Assembly: GCA_963753595.1 (NCBI GenBank)
Contig: CAVWCX010000001.1
Coordinates: 128,001-192,000 of the forward strand
Direction: 5' to 3'
DNA length: 64,000 bases
From: Candidatus Methanoperedenaceae archaeon
GTDB lineage: Archaea > Halobacteriota > Methanosarcinia > Methanosarcinales > Methanoperedenaceae
The position numbers and the translations under genes are program-made. The notes beneath the pieces were generated by a model, which worked only from the letters and a program-made list of their open reading frames with translations, made no database searches and was not told the DNA's origin. Of this stretch, positions 1 through 10,100 are shown piece by piece; within the stretch, counting starts at the first letter, position 1, and the number at the start of each line of letters is the position of its first letter.

Positions 1-140
1 GAACTCTATAAGAATCTAACAGTATAAAAACATTTTTTGAAGTAAAGTTATAATTAAACCCGATTTATTGAAAATAAGTTCAATACTCAAATTTAATTGA
101 ATATTTTTTCAAATAAAGCCCTAATAATTGAAATATTGTC

Positions 141-158
141 CAAAAAACCATTATATAA
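141..158 (+). promoter_or_regulatory. Putative archaeal BRE/TATA promoter of the first cytochrome gene
   Basis: CAAAAAACCA-TTATATAA about 120 nt upstream of the ORF. Confidence 0.5.
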
Positions 159-213
159 TCTGAAAATCATTTTAGAAATACCCATTATGGGCTTGGATAG
201 GTTCGTTTGAAGA

Positions 214-248
214 ATTTCGTATAGGACGAATATTTCGTATAGGACGAA
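214..248 (+). repeat. Two tandem copies (18-nt period) of ATTTCGTATAGGACGAA, each a TTCGT/ACGAA hairpin with an ATAGG loop
   Basis: Read directly in the 5' leader of ORF 271. Confidence 0.85.
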
Positions 249-270
249 CTAGTCTTAAAAAAAATAGGAA

Positions 271-1572
271 GTGAATCAAAATATGAACGCAAAATTTACT
301 TTAGCAATAATTGCGTTAGTTGGAATAGGCGTTTTCGCCCTGCCATCAACCATGTCGTTGTTCGCAGGCCAGCACTCGTTCTATAACATTGACGCAACAG
401 GCAACCAGGTCCCGTGTCAGAAATGTCACGGTGATGTAAAAGCAGAATTAGGATCAAACGCAAATACAAATCCATTAGTTGGACCAATTACAGCAGGACC
501 GCATGCAGCATTCAAGTGCGAGTACTGCCACAGGATAGAGCAGGGTTCAGCAAGCGGTGATAATGCATTCGGGCGCCTTTTTTACTATAATGGGCCTGAT
601 GGGACTGGTGTAAGAGTTAGATCTGCAATATTAACAGTCGCTGATTTTGAAGCAGGTAATTATCCTATAGTTATCAACGGCACAGACATCTTTGATAGCA
701 AAGGTTTAACTCTTGCAGGTGTCACCTTGCAGCATGGAGCCGGCAATATTAGTGCAGTAGATGCTGCGGCTTCAACACCTGAAAATGCAACCCTTTATAT
801 CGGGCCGAAGTCGAGTTTCAGATTAATGAAAACCTATAGTGAGACCACTGGTTTACCATTGGACGGAAATTCATTGACAGCCCAAGGCGGATTAAATCTA
901 ATAAACGCTACTGTTTCTCCGTCTGGCACTGTCGGTTTATTCGGTGCTGGTTCCAAATCAGTCAACCCTGGCAGCAATTACCATGCGGCATCACTTGTTT
1001 CCTGTATGGAATGCCATGGTGGAGAAGAACCCATGTCACACTGGAGACGTGTCGATGCTGGACCAACACCATGTAATAACTGTCACTATGGTGGTGGTGA
1101 TGCTCCCTTGGCATTCGCAAACAAGATGACTACATTGGAGGCAGGAGGCTTCAACCTTACTGGCAAAGCAGATGACACTGGCGAAAATGAAGCCCATAAT
1201 GCATGGGTGAAGGCCGATGATGGATTAAACAGATTCGGTGGACCGAATGGTAAAGCAAATAACGGTGCATGTATTGGATGTCATACACACGTGGCAGTGG
1301 ACATTTCATTCAATAAGGGCTACAAGCTCGCATTCACTGCAACCGAGAGCGCAACCGGTACTTATAGCGTTTCCGATACAAAAGTTGAGGGAACAGTCCA
1401 CGTTGACATATACGGTAACGGCTCTGGCGCGACCTTCGGTGTAGGCGACATGTCCTATACCTGGACACCAACACAAACTATGTATATTAGTGATGGTACC
1501 AGCAATACAACGGTTGTTCCAGCTCTAACTGGAGAATCAAGCGATTCCTACGCTGCATTGACAACCCCGTAA
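271..1572 (+). CDS. Secreted pentaheme c-type cytochrome; probable extracellular cytochrome nanowire (ECN)-like major subunit
   Basis: Signal peptide then LPSTMSLFAGQHSFY; 5 CxxCH (CQKCH, CEYCH, CMECH, CNNCH, CIGCH); own promoter and terminator. Start may be ATG 283. Confidence 0.8.
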   Translation: MNQNMNAKFTLAIIALVGIGVFALPSTMSLFAGQHSFYNIDATGNQVPCQKCHGDVKAELGSNANTNPLVGPITAGPHAAFKCEYCHRIEQGSASGDNAFGRLFYYNGPDGTGVRVRSAILTVADFEAGNYPIVINGTDIFDSKGLTLAGVTLQHGAGNISAVDAAASTPENATLYIGPKSSFRLMKTYSETTGLPLDGNSLTAQGGLNLINATVSPSGTVGLFGAGSKSVNPGSNYHAASLVSCMECHGGEEPMSHWRRVDAGPTPCNNCHYGGGDAPLAFANKMTTLEAGGFNLTGKADDTGENEAHNAWVKADDGLNRFGGPNGKANNGACIGCHTHVAVDISFNKGYKLAFTATESATGTYSVSDTKVEGTVHVDIYGNGSGATFGVGDMSYTWTPTQTMYISDGTSNTTVVPALTGESSDSYAALTTP

Positions 1573-1574
1573 AT

Positions 1575-1612
1575 GAAATGGGAAATCCCCATTTCTCTTT
1601 TTTTTCTTTTTT
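1575..1612 (+). terminator. Hairpin plus long T-tract terminator
   Basis: GAAATGGG-AAATC-CCCATTTC followed by TCTTTTTTTTCTTTTTT directly after the stop codon. Confidence 0.75.
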
Positions 1613-1729
1613 AATGTTTTCTTGTTCAATGAAAAGTTTTTTGGATTATAATAATTATTGATTAAAGATGTTTTCATTGCGTGTAAACAACTTTATATAC
1701 TTTAGTTACATAAGTAATTTTGTGATGGG

Positions 1730-1966
1730 ATGAAAGTCATAAGGATAGACGATCTTGATAAGATCAGGTTTGATAATATCAAAGCAGAATTTAAAACATG
1801 CTTATCAAAAGAAGCTCAATGTAATGTAGCAGAGATAAGTACGCTAAAGGATTCATCATTCTTGAATCTGTTACTGGAAGTCTGGAAAAATACTGCTCAT
1901 GAAGAAATAGTTGAAAAACTTTCAGACTCAAAAATGTTCAACAATTATAGAAATGGAAAAAAATGA
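1730..1966 (+). CDS. Small hypothetical protein
   Basis: 78 aa; TTTATATA box upstream (~1692); stop overlaps the next start. Confidence 0.55.
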   Translation: MKVIRIDDLDKIRFDNIKAEFKTCLSKEAQCNVAEISTLKDSSFLNLLLEVWKNTAHEEIVEKLSDSKMFNNYRNGKK

Positions 1967-2535
1967 ATAAAAACATTAAATTCTTATTTATTATCTTTTT
2001 AATTTTATTCAGTATCGAGCTTGCGAAGGCAGGAGAAATGGATTGGCATAAACCTACCCCATGTTTTGGGTGTCATTTAGAAACCATAAAAGCGGATTAT
2101 GGTAGTCAGGAATGTGGTAATTGCCATGATTATAAGTATAATGTTCCTCTTCTGGAATCTGATCATAATCCAAAGATTTGTACAGCTTGCCATTTTGGGA
2201 ATACCATGGTCAATGCAAGTATGAAAGAGATCTTCCATAATGGGCACAATAATATAGAATGCACAAGATGCCATACAGAGGATAACTTTACAGTAATAAA
2301 GATCAAAAACAATGGATTTGTTTGTGTGTCCTGTCACAGCAATAAAGTACATTCCATCCATGTCAATAAAATCGATAAAATATGCAAAATATGTCATGGT
2401 TCGTGGGCAAATGGAAAAGTATATAATACCAATTCTCCATCATCAAATACGTCTAAAGAATCCGCTCAGTTAGAAAAATTCACAATATTCTATTTCATAA
2501 AATCTTTATTTAATACTATATTTGGAGTGAAATAA
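1963..2535 (+). CDS. Small hexaheme c-type cytochrome
   Basis: Signal peptide; 6 CxxCH in ~115 aa; hydrophobic/amphipathic C-terminus FTIFYFIKSLFNTIF. Confidence 0.9.
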   Translation: MNKNIKFLFIIFLILFSIELAKAGEMDWHKPTPCFGCHLETIKADYGSQECGNCHDYKYNVPLLESDHNPKICTACHFGNTMVNASMKEIFHNGHNNIECTRCHTEDNFTVIKIKNNGFVCVSCHSNKVHSIHVNKIDKICKICHGSWANGKVYNTNSPSSNTSKESAQLEKFTIFYFIKSLFNTIFGVK

Positions 2536-2985
2536 ATGGATAAAAAAAACATAACATATGTAATTATTGCATTGCTGGTTTTATCAATCGCTGGTTACTA
2601 TCTTTATCAGCATGCAACAGATATGGGTCTGGCAAAACCCGCGCTAGTATTGAAAATTTCAACAAATCTGTCCGAAAAAGGAGCTCTACAAATTAATAAT
2701 GTCACATTTGTGCAGTCAAGTGTTCCCGTTTTTTATAAGCGGGCAGACACGATACCCTCTTTTCCGGAAATAGAAGTTAACGCTCGTTTGAATGCGTTAG
2801 ATTCTGCCCCTGCGAGTTTTTGGGCATCAACACCTTATAAAGATGAAGGGCTTTATGATGTAAAGATATATTTCAGGGATGGCAAAGAACCAAAGAAAGG
2901 AGATATCCTTATTTTGCCGATAAGGATCATTGGCAGTACAGCTGTTGTAATGTATAAAACCACAGCTTTTTATGAGTGGGAGTGA
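2536..2985 (+). CDS. N-terminally membrane-anchored hypothetical protein
   Basis: N-terminal TM helix, beta-rich domain, translationally coupled to its neighbours. Confidence 0.75.
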   Translation: MDKKNITYVIIALLVLSIAGYYLYQHATDMGLAKPALVLKISTNLSEKGALQINNVTFVQSSVPVFYKRADTIPSFPEIEVNARLNALDSAPASFWASTPYKDEGLYDVKIYFRDGKEPKKGDILILPIRIIGSTAVVMYKTTAFYEWE

Positions 2986-3946
2986 TATGAAATTGGTGTG
3001 GGTATTTCTGGTATTAGCAGGGATTTCAATATGGCTTATCCCCAATACCCTATCCCTTTTTAGCGGCGGGCATAGCTTCTATAATATTGACCCTGTCGGC
3101 TCCCAGGTTCCATGCAGTAAATGCCATGGTGATATAGACATGCAAATACATACTGGTTTTATACATAACAACTTCACGTGTTCCGATTGCCATCGTGTCC
3201 AAAAAGGTGTTCAATTCGCAAGCGGCGACAATGCTTATGAAAGGTTGATTTATATAAATGTAACAGGACCATCGAGTGTAAGGAACAGGGTTCTTGCGAC
3301 CACGATCCAGAACTACCAGAGAGGAAATTTTCCAAAATCAATCTCAGGCGAGATCACGATCGACCAATGGGCAGCCTCTGGCAACGATGAAGCGCAATTC
3401 CGTGATGAAAACGGACTATATATGGGAAATATGACCCCAGGGGAAGCTGGCATAATATATAATTATGAAAAAGAGAATGAGATTTCAACATATATCAACG
3501 GTGTCTCAAAAGACACAGACCCAACCACCTCGAATTCGGCTCTTGCTACCAGAAAAATCAATGTGAATCCATATCCATCCGGTTCTGATAATCTCACAGG
3601 CGCAGGATCAAAAGTAATAACTTCAGGTACACTGGCCCACGCATCTTCCACTGTCCTGTGTGCAGAATGCCATTCAGAGTACATTAACAATACGCCGGAT
3701 ACCATACATGAAGCTTTCATCAGGTACGGTATGGAACATAATACCAATGACAATTGTATCGCATGCCATACTTCAACCGCAGTGTCGATAAACTGGACGC
3801 GTCCGAGCACCATAGCTTTTGAAACCAGTTCTGATGGCAACAATATTACAATTAATAAAAACTTCCAGGCGAATCCAGTAAAAATAGAGACCTTTGGAAC
3901 CCAATCCGGTGATGTTTTTGCAATCTCCAATGTTACGATAGATTGA
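2972..3946 (+). CDS. Tetraheme cytochrome, paralog of ORF 271 (ECN-like minor subunit candidate)
   Basis: IPNTLSLFSGGHSFYNID..QVPCSKCHGD, ASGDNA and GAGSK motifs shared with ORF 271; 4 CxxCH. Start likely ATG 2987. Confidence 0.85.
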   Translation: MSGSDMKLVWVFLVLAGISIWLIPNTLSLFSGGHSFYNIDPVGSQVPCSKCHGDIDMQIHTGFIHNNFTCSDCHRVQKGVQFASGDNAYERLIYINVTGPSSVRNRVLATTIQNYQRGNFPKSISGEITIDQWAASGNDEAQFRDENGLYMGNMTPGEAGIIYNYEKENEISTYINGVSKDTDPTTSNSALATRKINVNPYPSGSDNLTGAGSKVITSGTLAHASSTVLCAECHSEYINNTPDTIHEAFIRYGMEHNTNDNCIACHTSTAVSINWTRPSTIAFETSSDGNNITINKNFQANPVKIETFGTQSGDVFAISNVTID

Positions 3947-4044
3947 GATAATTTATCATTATAATCATTATAAACATTATTATATACATGGAAACAAATA
4001 TAAACTATTTAAACATAACAGACCAATTATCAATCTGAGACTAT

Positions 4045-5520
4045 ATGAGACGTGTAATTATTCCCGTTTTGATTCTACTGCTTTTTTCACCGTTAGTATC
4101 AGCCCAGGGTGAATTCCTTTTTGATCTTGCAACCAAAGGCCAAAGTGACGGCACTTATGTAAAGCACTGGTCTGCTGCATACCCTCCTGACCCGAAGGCA
4201 GATATAATCGTTTATTCAGAAGCTAAGAACATGGCATATAAACGATTGTCTGCCCTGGGTTTTGTTTATGCGGTCTATGATCCTATGGAAAATATCGTGG
4301 CGGTAGAAAAAATAAGTTCCTTCAAAAGAAGTTATGATCCTAATATCGTTTATTATACCCTGCATCCTAAAACCGATTGGATAGAAGGGAACTACAAGAT
4401 CAAGATCGTTGTATTCGATATGGTTGATCGTGAGGCATATGATGAAAATGTTTCAAGTGACCCATTTGCCATCGGCATTAATCCGGAGATGTATAAGATA
4501 TTTTACGATACTGGTGCAAATGCAAAAGATCTGGGTGTCCTTCGTGATCTTGGCGACCCGGTGGCACGGGCGGTATTGAATTTTAAGATAGACAAACAAG
4601 TTTCTATATATCCTCCTGACCGGCTTCTCCTTCATGATGTCAGGTTCGTTGATGATAGCACTGACCGCATATTAGGAGAGAAACTCCTGATCGAAGTCAA
4701 GATGGATAATAATTATAAAGATGATGGTCAGATCAAGCTTGCTATGCTGGTGGATAATAGTCTTGTATCTACAAAAGACGTTATGGTAAAAGGGCTAAGT
4801 AATTCCACAGTCATCTTTGAAGCTAAAGCAGGAAAACTGGGAACTTTCAAATTACATTTCGGAGCTGACACAAATGATGTGAAATACAGGAATGCGGAAT
4901 TGACGTTCACCATTAAGAATGAGACCGAATCCACCAGGCTTGAACTTCCAAAAATAACAATAACAGGAATGAATGTTAATAAAGAGTTTGCCGGAGTAGG
5001 TGAGAATGTGATCGTATCGGTGAACCTGATAAATAATGGTAAGACCGGGAACAAGACCATAACTGTTTATTCTAACAGGGAACCGATCGGTTCGTCTGAA
5101 GTCCAGTTGCCATATCTTGAAGAAAAGTCTATTGAAATACCCGTAACTTTGAAAAATACAGGGATTAACAAAATAACAGTATCTGACGCCCCTGCACTTT
5201 TCAGGAACGTATTTGTAGGGGATGCCGAAGCTTCGGCAACAGGACAAAGTACTATCCTTACTAAAGTGAAGGAAAACAGTTTAAAAGTATCTATGGTGTT
5301 TGTGTTCATTGTGTTTGCTGGAATGCTGTTCTATGTGAGAAATAAGTTAAAAGAAGAAAATCCTGTTAATGCCACATCAATGGGAATTCCAGATAAGCCC
5401 GAAGAAAATAAGATATCTGATCTTAAAATCAAACTTGCCAATAATGTTGATAAATTCAGAAGTAAGATAAAATTCAGCAGTAAGATAAAAGAAATCTTTA
5501 AGAAAAAACCACGCGGCTGA
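4045..5520 (+). CDS. Secreted protein with Ig/CARDB-like domains and a C-terminal TM anchor
   Basis: Signal peptide, two beta-sandwich-like segments (e.g. VIVSVNLINNGKTG), TM helix and Lys-rich tail. Confidence 0.7.
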   Translation: MRRVIIPVLILLLFSPLVSAQGEFLFDLATKGQSDGTYVKHWSAAYPPDPKADIIVYSEAKNMAYKRLSALGFVYAVYDPMENIVAVEKISSFKRSYDPNIVYYTLHPKTDWIEGNYKIKIVVFDMVDREAYDENVSSDPFAIGINPEMYKIFYDTGANAKDLGVLRDLGDPVARAVLNFKIDKQVSIYPPDRLLLHDVRFVDDSTDRILGEKLLIEVKMDNNYKDDGQIKLAMLVDNSLVSTKDVMVKGLSNSTVIFEAKAGKLGTFKLHFGADTNDVKYRNAELTFTIKNETESTRLELPKITITGMNVNKEFAGVGENVIVSVNLINNGKTGNKTITVYSNREPIGSSEVQLPYLEEKSIEIPVTLKNTGINKITVSDAPALFRNVFVGDAEASATGQSTILTKVKENSLKVSMVFVFIVFAGMLFYVRNKLKEENPVNATSMGIPDKPEENKISDLKIKLANNVDKFRSKIKFSSKIKEIFKKKPRG

Positions 5521-5525
5521 TTTAA

Positions 5526-6212
5526 ATGAAAGAAGTAGAATACACAGTACCGTTGCTTGTTTCGGGGATTCTTACATTGGTACTTTTAGGCTTTTACCTT
5601 TATAAATCTGAAAATTCTGTTTTTATGCGTCTTATTTCTTCATATTATATGAAAAACAGATACAGCAAAGCTATAATTCAAAAAGATACACGGGGAGAAG
5701 ATATTGTATTGTTAATTATCTTAATAATTCTTATATCTGGATTTGGTTTTAAACTTATTGGATTTGTAGCGGTCATATCGGATTCTATGAAGCCTGAATT
5801 CCAAAGAGGTGATCTTGTAATGATACAATCGATATCTAAAGATCCTCAAATTGGAGATATAATAACATTTAAGGCAGCCAATGTTCCAACCCCTGTGACT
5901 CACAGGGTCACCGGTGTTCAAAGTAATATTGTGGCTACCAAAGGGGATAATAATCCTCTTCCTGATGATTATGGAACAACAAAAAATGATGTTATTTCAA
6001 AAACTGTTGTTATAGGAGGCCATCCTGTCGTACTAAAAGGTCTTGGATCTCTTTTCATTCTGGATTTTTCTAAAGAAGGTAAACTAAGCAGATTCGGCGA
6101 CCAGTATGAATTCTTCCAGAATCTCTTCATGACTATAAGAACATGGGGCTATGTCATAACAATAATTGCTTTTTGTGCTTTAATATTGTCTATGTTTGGG
6201 AATAAAAGATGA
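5526..6212 (+). CDS. Signal peptidase I, S26B (archaeal SEC11/SipW-type)
   Basis: VISDSMKP (catalytic Ser), GDLV, GDIITF, VTHRV (His), TKGDNN..PD; TM helices at both ends. Confidence 0.9.
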   Translation: MKEVEYTVPLLVSGILTLVLLGFYLYKSENSVFMRLISSYYMKNRYSKAIIQKDTRGEDIVLLIILIILISGFGFKLIGFVAVISDSMKPEFQRGDLVMIQSISKDPQIGDIITFKAANVPTPVTHRVTGVQSNIVATKGDNNPLPDDYGTTKNDVISKTVVIGGHPVVLKGLGSLFILDFSKEGKLSRFGDQYEFFQNLFMTIRTWGYVITIIAFCALILSMFGNKR

Positions 6213-7093
6213 ATAAAAACATATATATAATAATTATTTTTGTAGTCATTGTGACCACTTTGATTCAAACTTTTTCTTTTGTCAGCAGCGATCATCAGAT
6301 CAATCCTCCAGTACAGGACAAATGCATACAATGCCATGGAGATGTAAATACGCAATTATCCAAATCAACCCAACATTCTTCGTTCTCCTGTATAAGCTGC
6401 CATCCCAAATCAGTAATAAACCATACTAATAAGCAACCGGAATGTGAATACTGTCATGATACGCTTCAAATGAGCGATACATTTGAAGCACATTCTGATT
6501 TTGTATCTTTAAGGTCAGAAGGGTGTATAGCCTGTCATACGAACTATAATGTCATTATAAATTATTCCAGACCTGAATTCATATCATATACAATTACAAA
6601 TAATTCAGGAAATTGGGTCATCTCCAATTTCGCAACCAGTGGCATGTTGAACTTATCTTACAACGCTCTTAAGCAAGGGGGGAACCATAATATAAAAAAT
6701 GTATCCTGCAAAGACTGCCATAAAGATATTTTCGATGCAGTTTCTATGAGAGGTCATGCAGTAATTTCCGGAAAAGAAGAAAACCAGGCGCCTTATCATA
6801 ATACCAGCAACTCGACAAGCAACGAAGAATGGTGTCTTACCTGCCATAGCCCGAAAGATAATAAATTCCCAAATCAGCAGCATTCAGCACGCAGAACGAC
6901 TTGCGAAGAATGCCATGAAGCATATAATTTATCCGCCCATCCAGGAAATATCTATACCAATATCAAAACTGTTCCTCGTTTATACCGAAGCCTGGTGTGC
7001 ATATCATGTAAATCTGTAGGGTGGCAGGTACCTAACACTACATTGAAGTTCAAAGTACATCAAGAGCCATATTTCGATGTAACGATGTCGTGA
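6209..7093 (+). CDS. Secreted octaheme cytochrome (7 CxxCH + 1 CxxCK)
   Basis: CIQCH, CISCH, CEYCH, CIACH, CKDCH, CLTCH, CEECH, CISCK; N-terminus related to ORF 271. Confidence 0.9.
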   Translation: MNKNIYIIIIFVVIVTTLIQTFSFVSSDHQINPPVQDKCIQCHGDVNTQLSKSTQHSSFSCISCHPKSVINHTNKQPECEYCHDTLQMSDTFEAHSDFVSLRSEGCIACHTNYNVIINYSRPEFISYTITNNSGNWVISNFATSGMLNLSYNALKQGGNHNIKNVSCKDCHKDIFDAVSMRGHAVISGKEENQAPYHNTSNSTSNEEWCLTCHSPKDNKFPNQQHSARRTTCEECHEAYNLSAHPGNIYTNIKTVPRLYRSLVCISCKSVGWQVPNTTLKFKVHQEPYFDVTMS

Positions 7094-7146
7094 TCAAATG
7101 TTCAACTTCATACCCCCTCGATAATATCCTTAGTATTTAAGAAAAA

Positions 7147-10100
7147 ATGAATAAGAATTTATATCTGATAGCAGTTTTGGTTTTAGCAATAACCACTATT
7201 AGTCAGACTGTTTCTTTCATTGTTGGCGACCATCAATTTTATCAGTCAGTCCAGGATAAATGCATAAAATGTCATGGAGATATCAAGGCACAGCTCTCAA
7301 CATCAGATCAGCATTCAAATTTCTCCTGTGTTAGCTGCCATGTCAGATCTGCAACTAACCATACTAATAAACAACCAGACTGTAGTTACTGCCATGCTAC
7401 ATCGCGTATGAACGATACCTTAGAAGCCCACCCGGATTTTTCACCTATGGGTTCCGAGGGATGCGTAGCCTGCCATTCAACTTATAACGCTATTTTAAAC
7501 TATTCCCGGCCAGAGTATATCGACTATACAATTAAAAATAATAATGGAAACTGGATAGTCTCTGATTTCAAAACTGTAGGAACATTAAATCTATCATATA
7601 ATGCTATGAGACGGGGGGGAGGCATAATATAAAAAATGTTTCATGTAAAGATTGCCATAAAGATATTTTTGATGCTGTTTCATTAGGAGGTCATGCCGTA
7701 GTTCTTGCCAAAAATGGAACTCAAGTGGCCTACCACAATAATTCAAACTCCACCCCTGAAGAATGGTGCAGGACATGTCATAACAATAACGATGCCAAGT
7801 TCCAGACCCAACAACATTCAGTACGAAAAACAACTTGCGACCAATGCCATGAAGTCTATAATAATTCAACAACACATCCGGGTGATTTTTTTTCGAATAT
7901 AAAGACTGTGCCTCGTTTGTACCAAAGCCTTGTGTGCATATCATGTAAATCCGCGGGCTGGCCAGCACCTGGTGGCGCAATAATATTCAATGTTCGTGAA
8001 GAACCTTATTATGACGTTTCATTCCAGATAATTTCACCTTTGAATATAACCGATTCTTCACCTGCAAGCGACCCAACCACACCCGCAGGTGTATCTCAAA
8101 TGTTTTCTGCAACACTCAACAGGTTTGCAGATATCACCTGGTATAATGAGGGGTCTGAGGTTTTCATGGTTTTGGATGTGATCTCGGCAAGTTATACAGA
8201 TTCTAAAAGAATTCCCGGGGTTTATAATATAACAGCAGTTGCCAGTGACAGTTATAATTCAGCAACCAGATCATGGACCTGGAATGTCACTAACGGCACT
8301 GGAGGCGGAATTGGAGGCGGCGGTGGAAGCAGCGGCAGTGGTGGCAGCGGAGGAGGTATAGGAAGTGGTACTTCTAACAATATAAGTGGATATGTATTCG
8401 ATAATTTTGGTTCACCACTATCAGGCGTACTTGTTCAAAATGGGAGCTATCAGAATATTACCCTGGAGTCAGGCTTTTATTCGATAACAAATATTTCCAA
8501 TGGAGAATACAACTTCACATATTCTAAAGCCGGATTTGAACCTGATTATTTTATATTTACACTTGGCGGCATTACTATGGTAAATATGAATAAGACTCTT
8601 TATGACATAACACCCCCGAATTCAGTTTCCGATCCGAATTCAACAACCGGCAACTTCTTCATAAACAATACATGGATCAATCCATCAGATATTGATTTCA
8701 AGAGCACGTCGTTCAGATATACTAATGGAAGTACACTGCAGAGCTTAAACAACTCCACTAATTATCTAAATCTCACTTTTTCACCACATTATGTCCAGAA
8801 TATTTCGGCTCAGACGGTAGATAATTTCGGGAACACGAACGAGACACTGGTATGGTTCAATGTTACTATACCAAATAACGTTCCAATACAGTCACAGATT
8901 GGAAATATAACCGGTAATGAAGGGCAATTTCTGGATCTCGCAGTATTAGCAACGGATGCTGATAATGATACCATAACTTATGGAACCAGCGCATCAAAAG
9001 GAACTTTAAATACAACTACCGGGCAATTCTTCTGGACACCGGATTATGGGGATGCAGGAACTTATGCCTGGAATTTCAATTCCGCTGATGGTTATGGTGG
9101 TGTGGTAAGTGAAAATATTACTGTGGCCATTAACAATATCCCGCTCACAATCACAAATTCATCTCCAGTTGGTGATCCCAGCACAACAGCAGGAACACCA
9201 CAAATGTTTGAAGTAACTCTCAATCGAACTGCAGATATAATCTGGTATAATAATGGGTCAGAGGTATTCAGAGCCTCAGGAGTATTATCTGCAAATTATA
9301 TTAAATCAACAGCAGGTATTGGGGTATATGATATAACTGTTAATACGAATGACGGACACGATTCAGTTTCACGGAATTGGAGCTGGAATGTTACGAATGG
9401 AAGCGTGGGAAGTGGCGGTGTAGATGGCGGGGGGGGCAGCGGTGGAAGCAGCAATAGCATAAGTGGATATGTATTCGATAATTTTGGTTCACCATTATCT
9501 GGCGTGCTGGTTGCGAATGGCAGTTATCAGAGTATTACATCTCCTTCTGGTTACTATTCAATAACTAATTTATCTAATGGAACCTATAATTTCAGCTATT
9601 ATAAAGCAGGATTTATTACCGATTATTTTGAATTTTCATTTAACGGCGCAGTTATCATAAATGCGAACAAAACACTATATGATGATACGCCGCCTGGCCA
9701 GATATCTAATCTGAATATAACAACAGGTAACTTCTATATCAATAATTCATGGATTAATCCACAAGATGCTGATTTCAGCTACACCTTGTTCAGTTATATC
9801 AATGAAACCACACTTCAAAATGTAAGTAAACCTGTTAACTACCTGAACCTCACCTGGTCGCCACACTACACTCAGAATATAAGCTCACAGACTGTGGACA
9901 TATATAGTAATATCAATCAGGCAAAGGTGTGGTTCAACGCTACCATACCCAATAATGTTCCGGTACAATCGCAGATTGGAGATAAGGTAGTTTATGAAAA
10001 TGAATCTTTGCAGTTAAATGTCACAGCTACGGATTCAGATTCTGATTTAATCACTTATGGAACAAATGCAACAAAAGGAAGCTTTAATACTTCAACTGGT

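Noticed and set aside
7725-7727. GTG start of the 3,643-aa ORF as a real gene start
   Set aside because: It lies mid-domain with no signal peptide; the frame continues upstream to the G7 site
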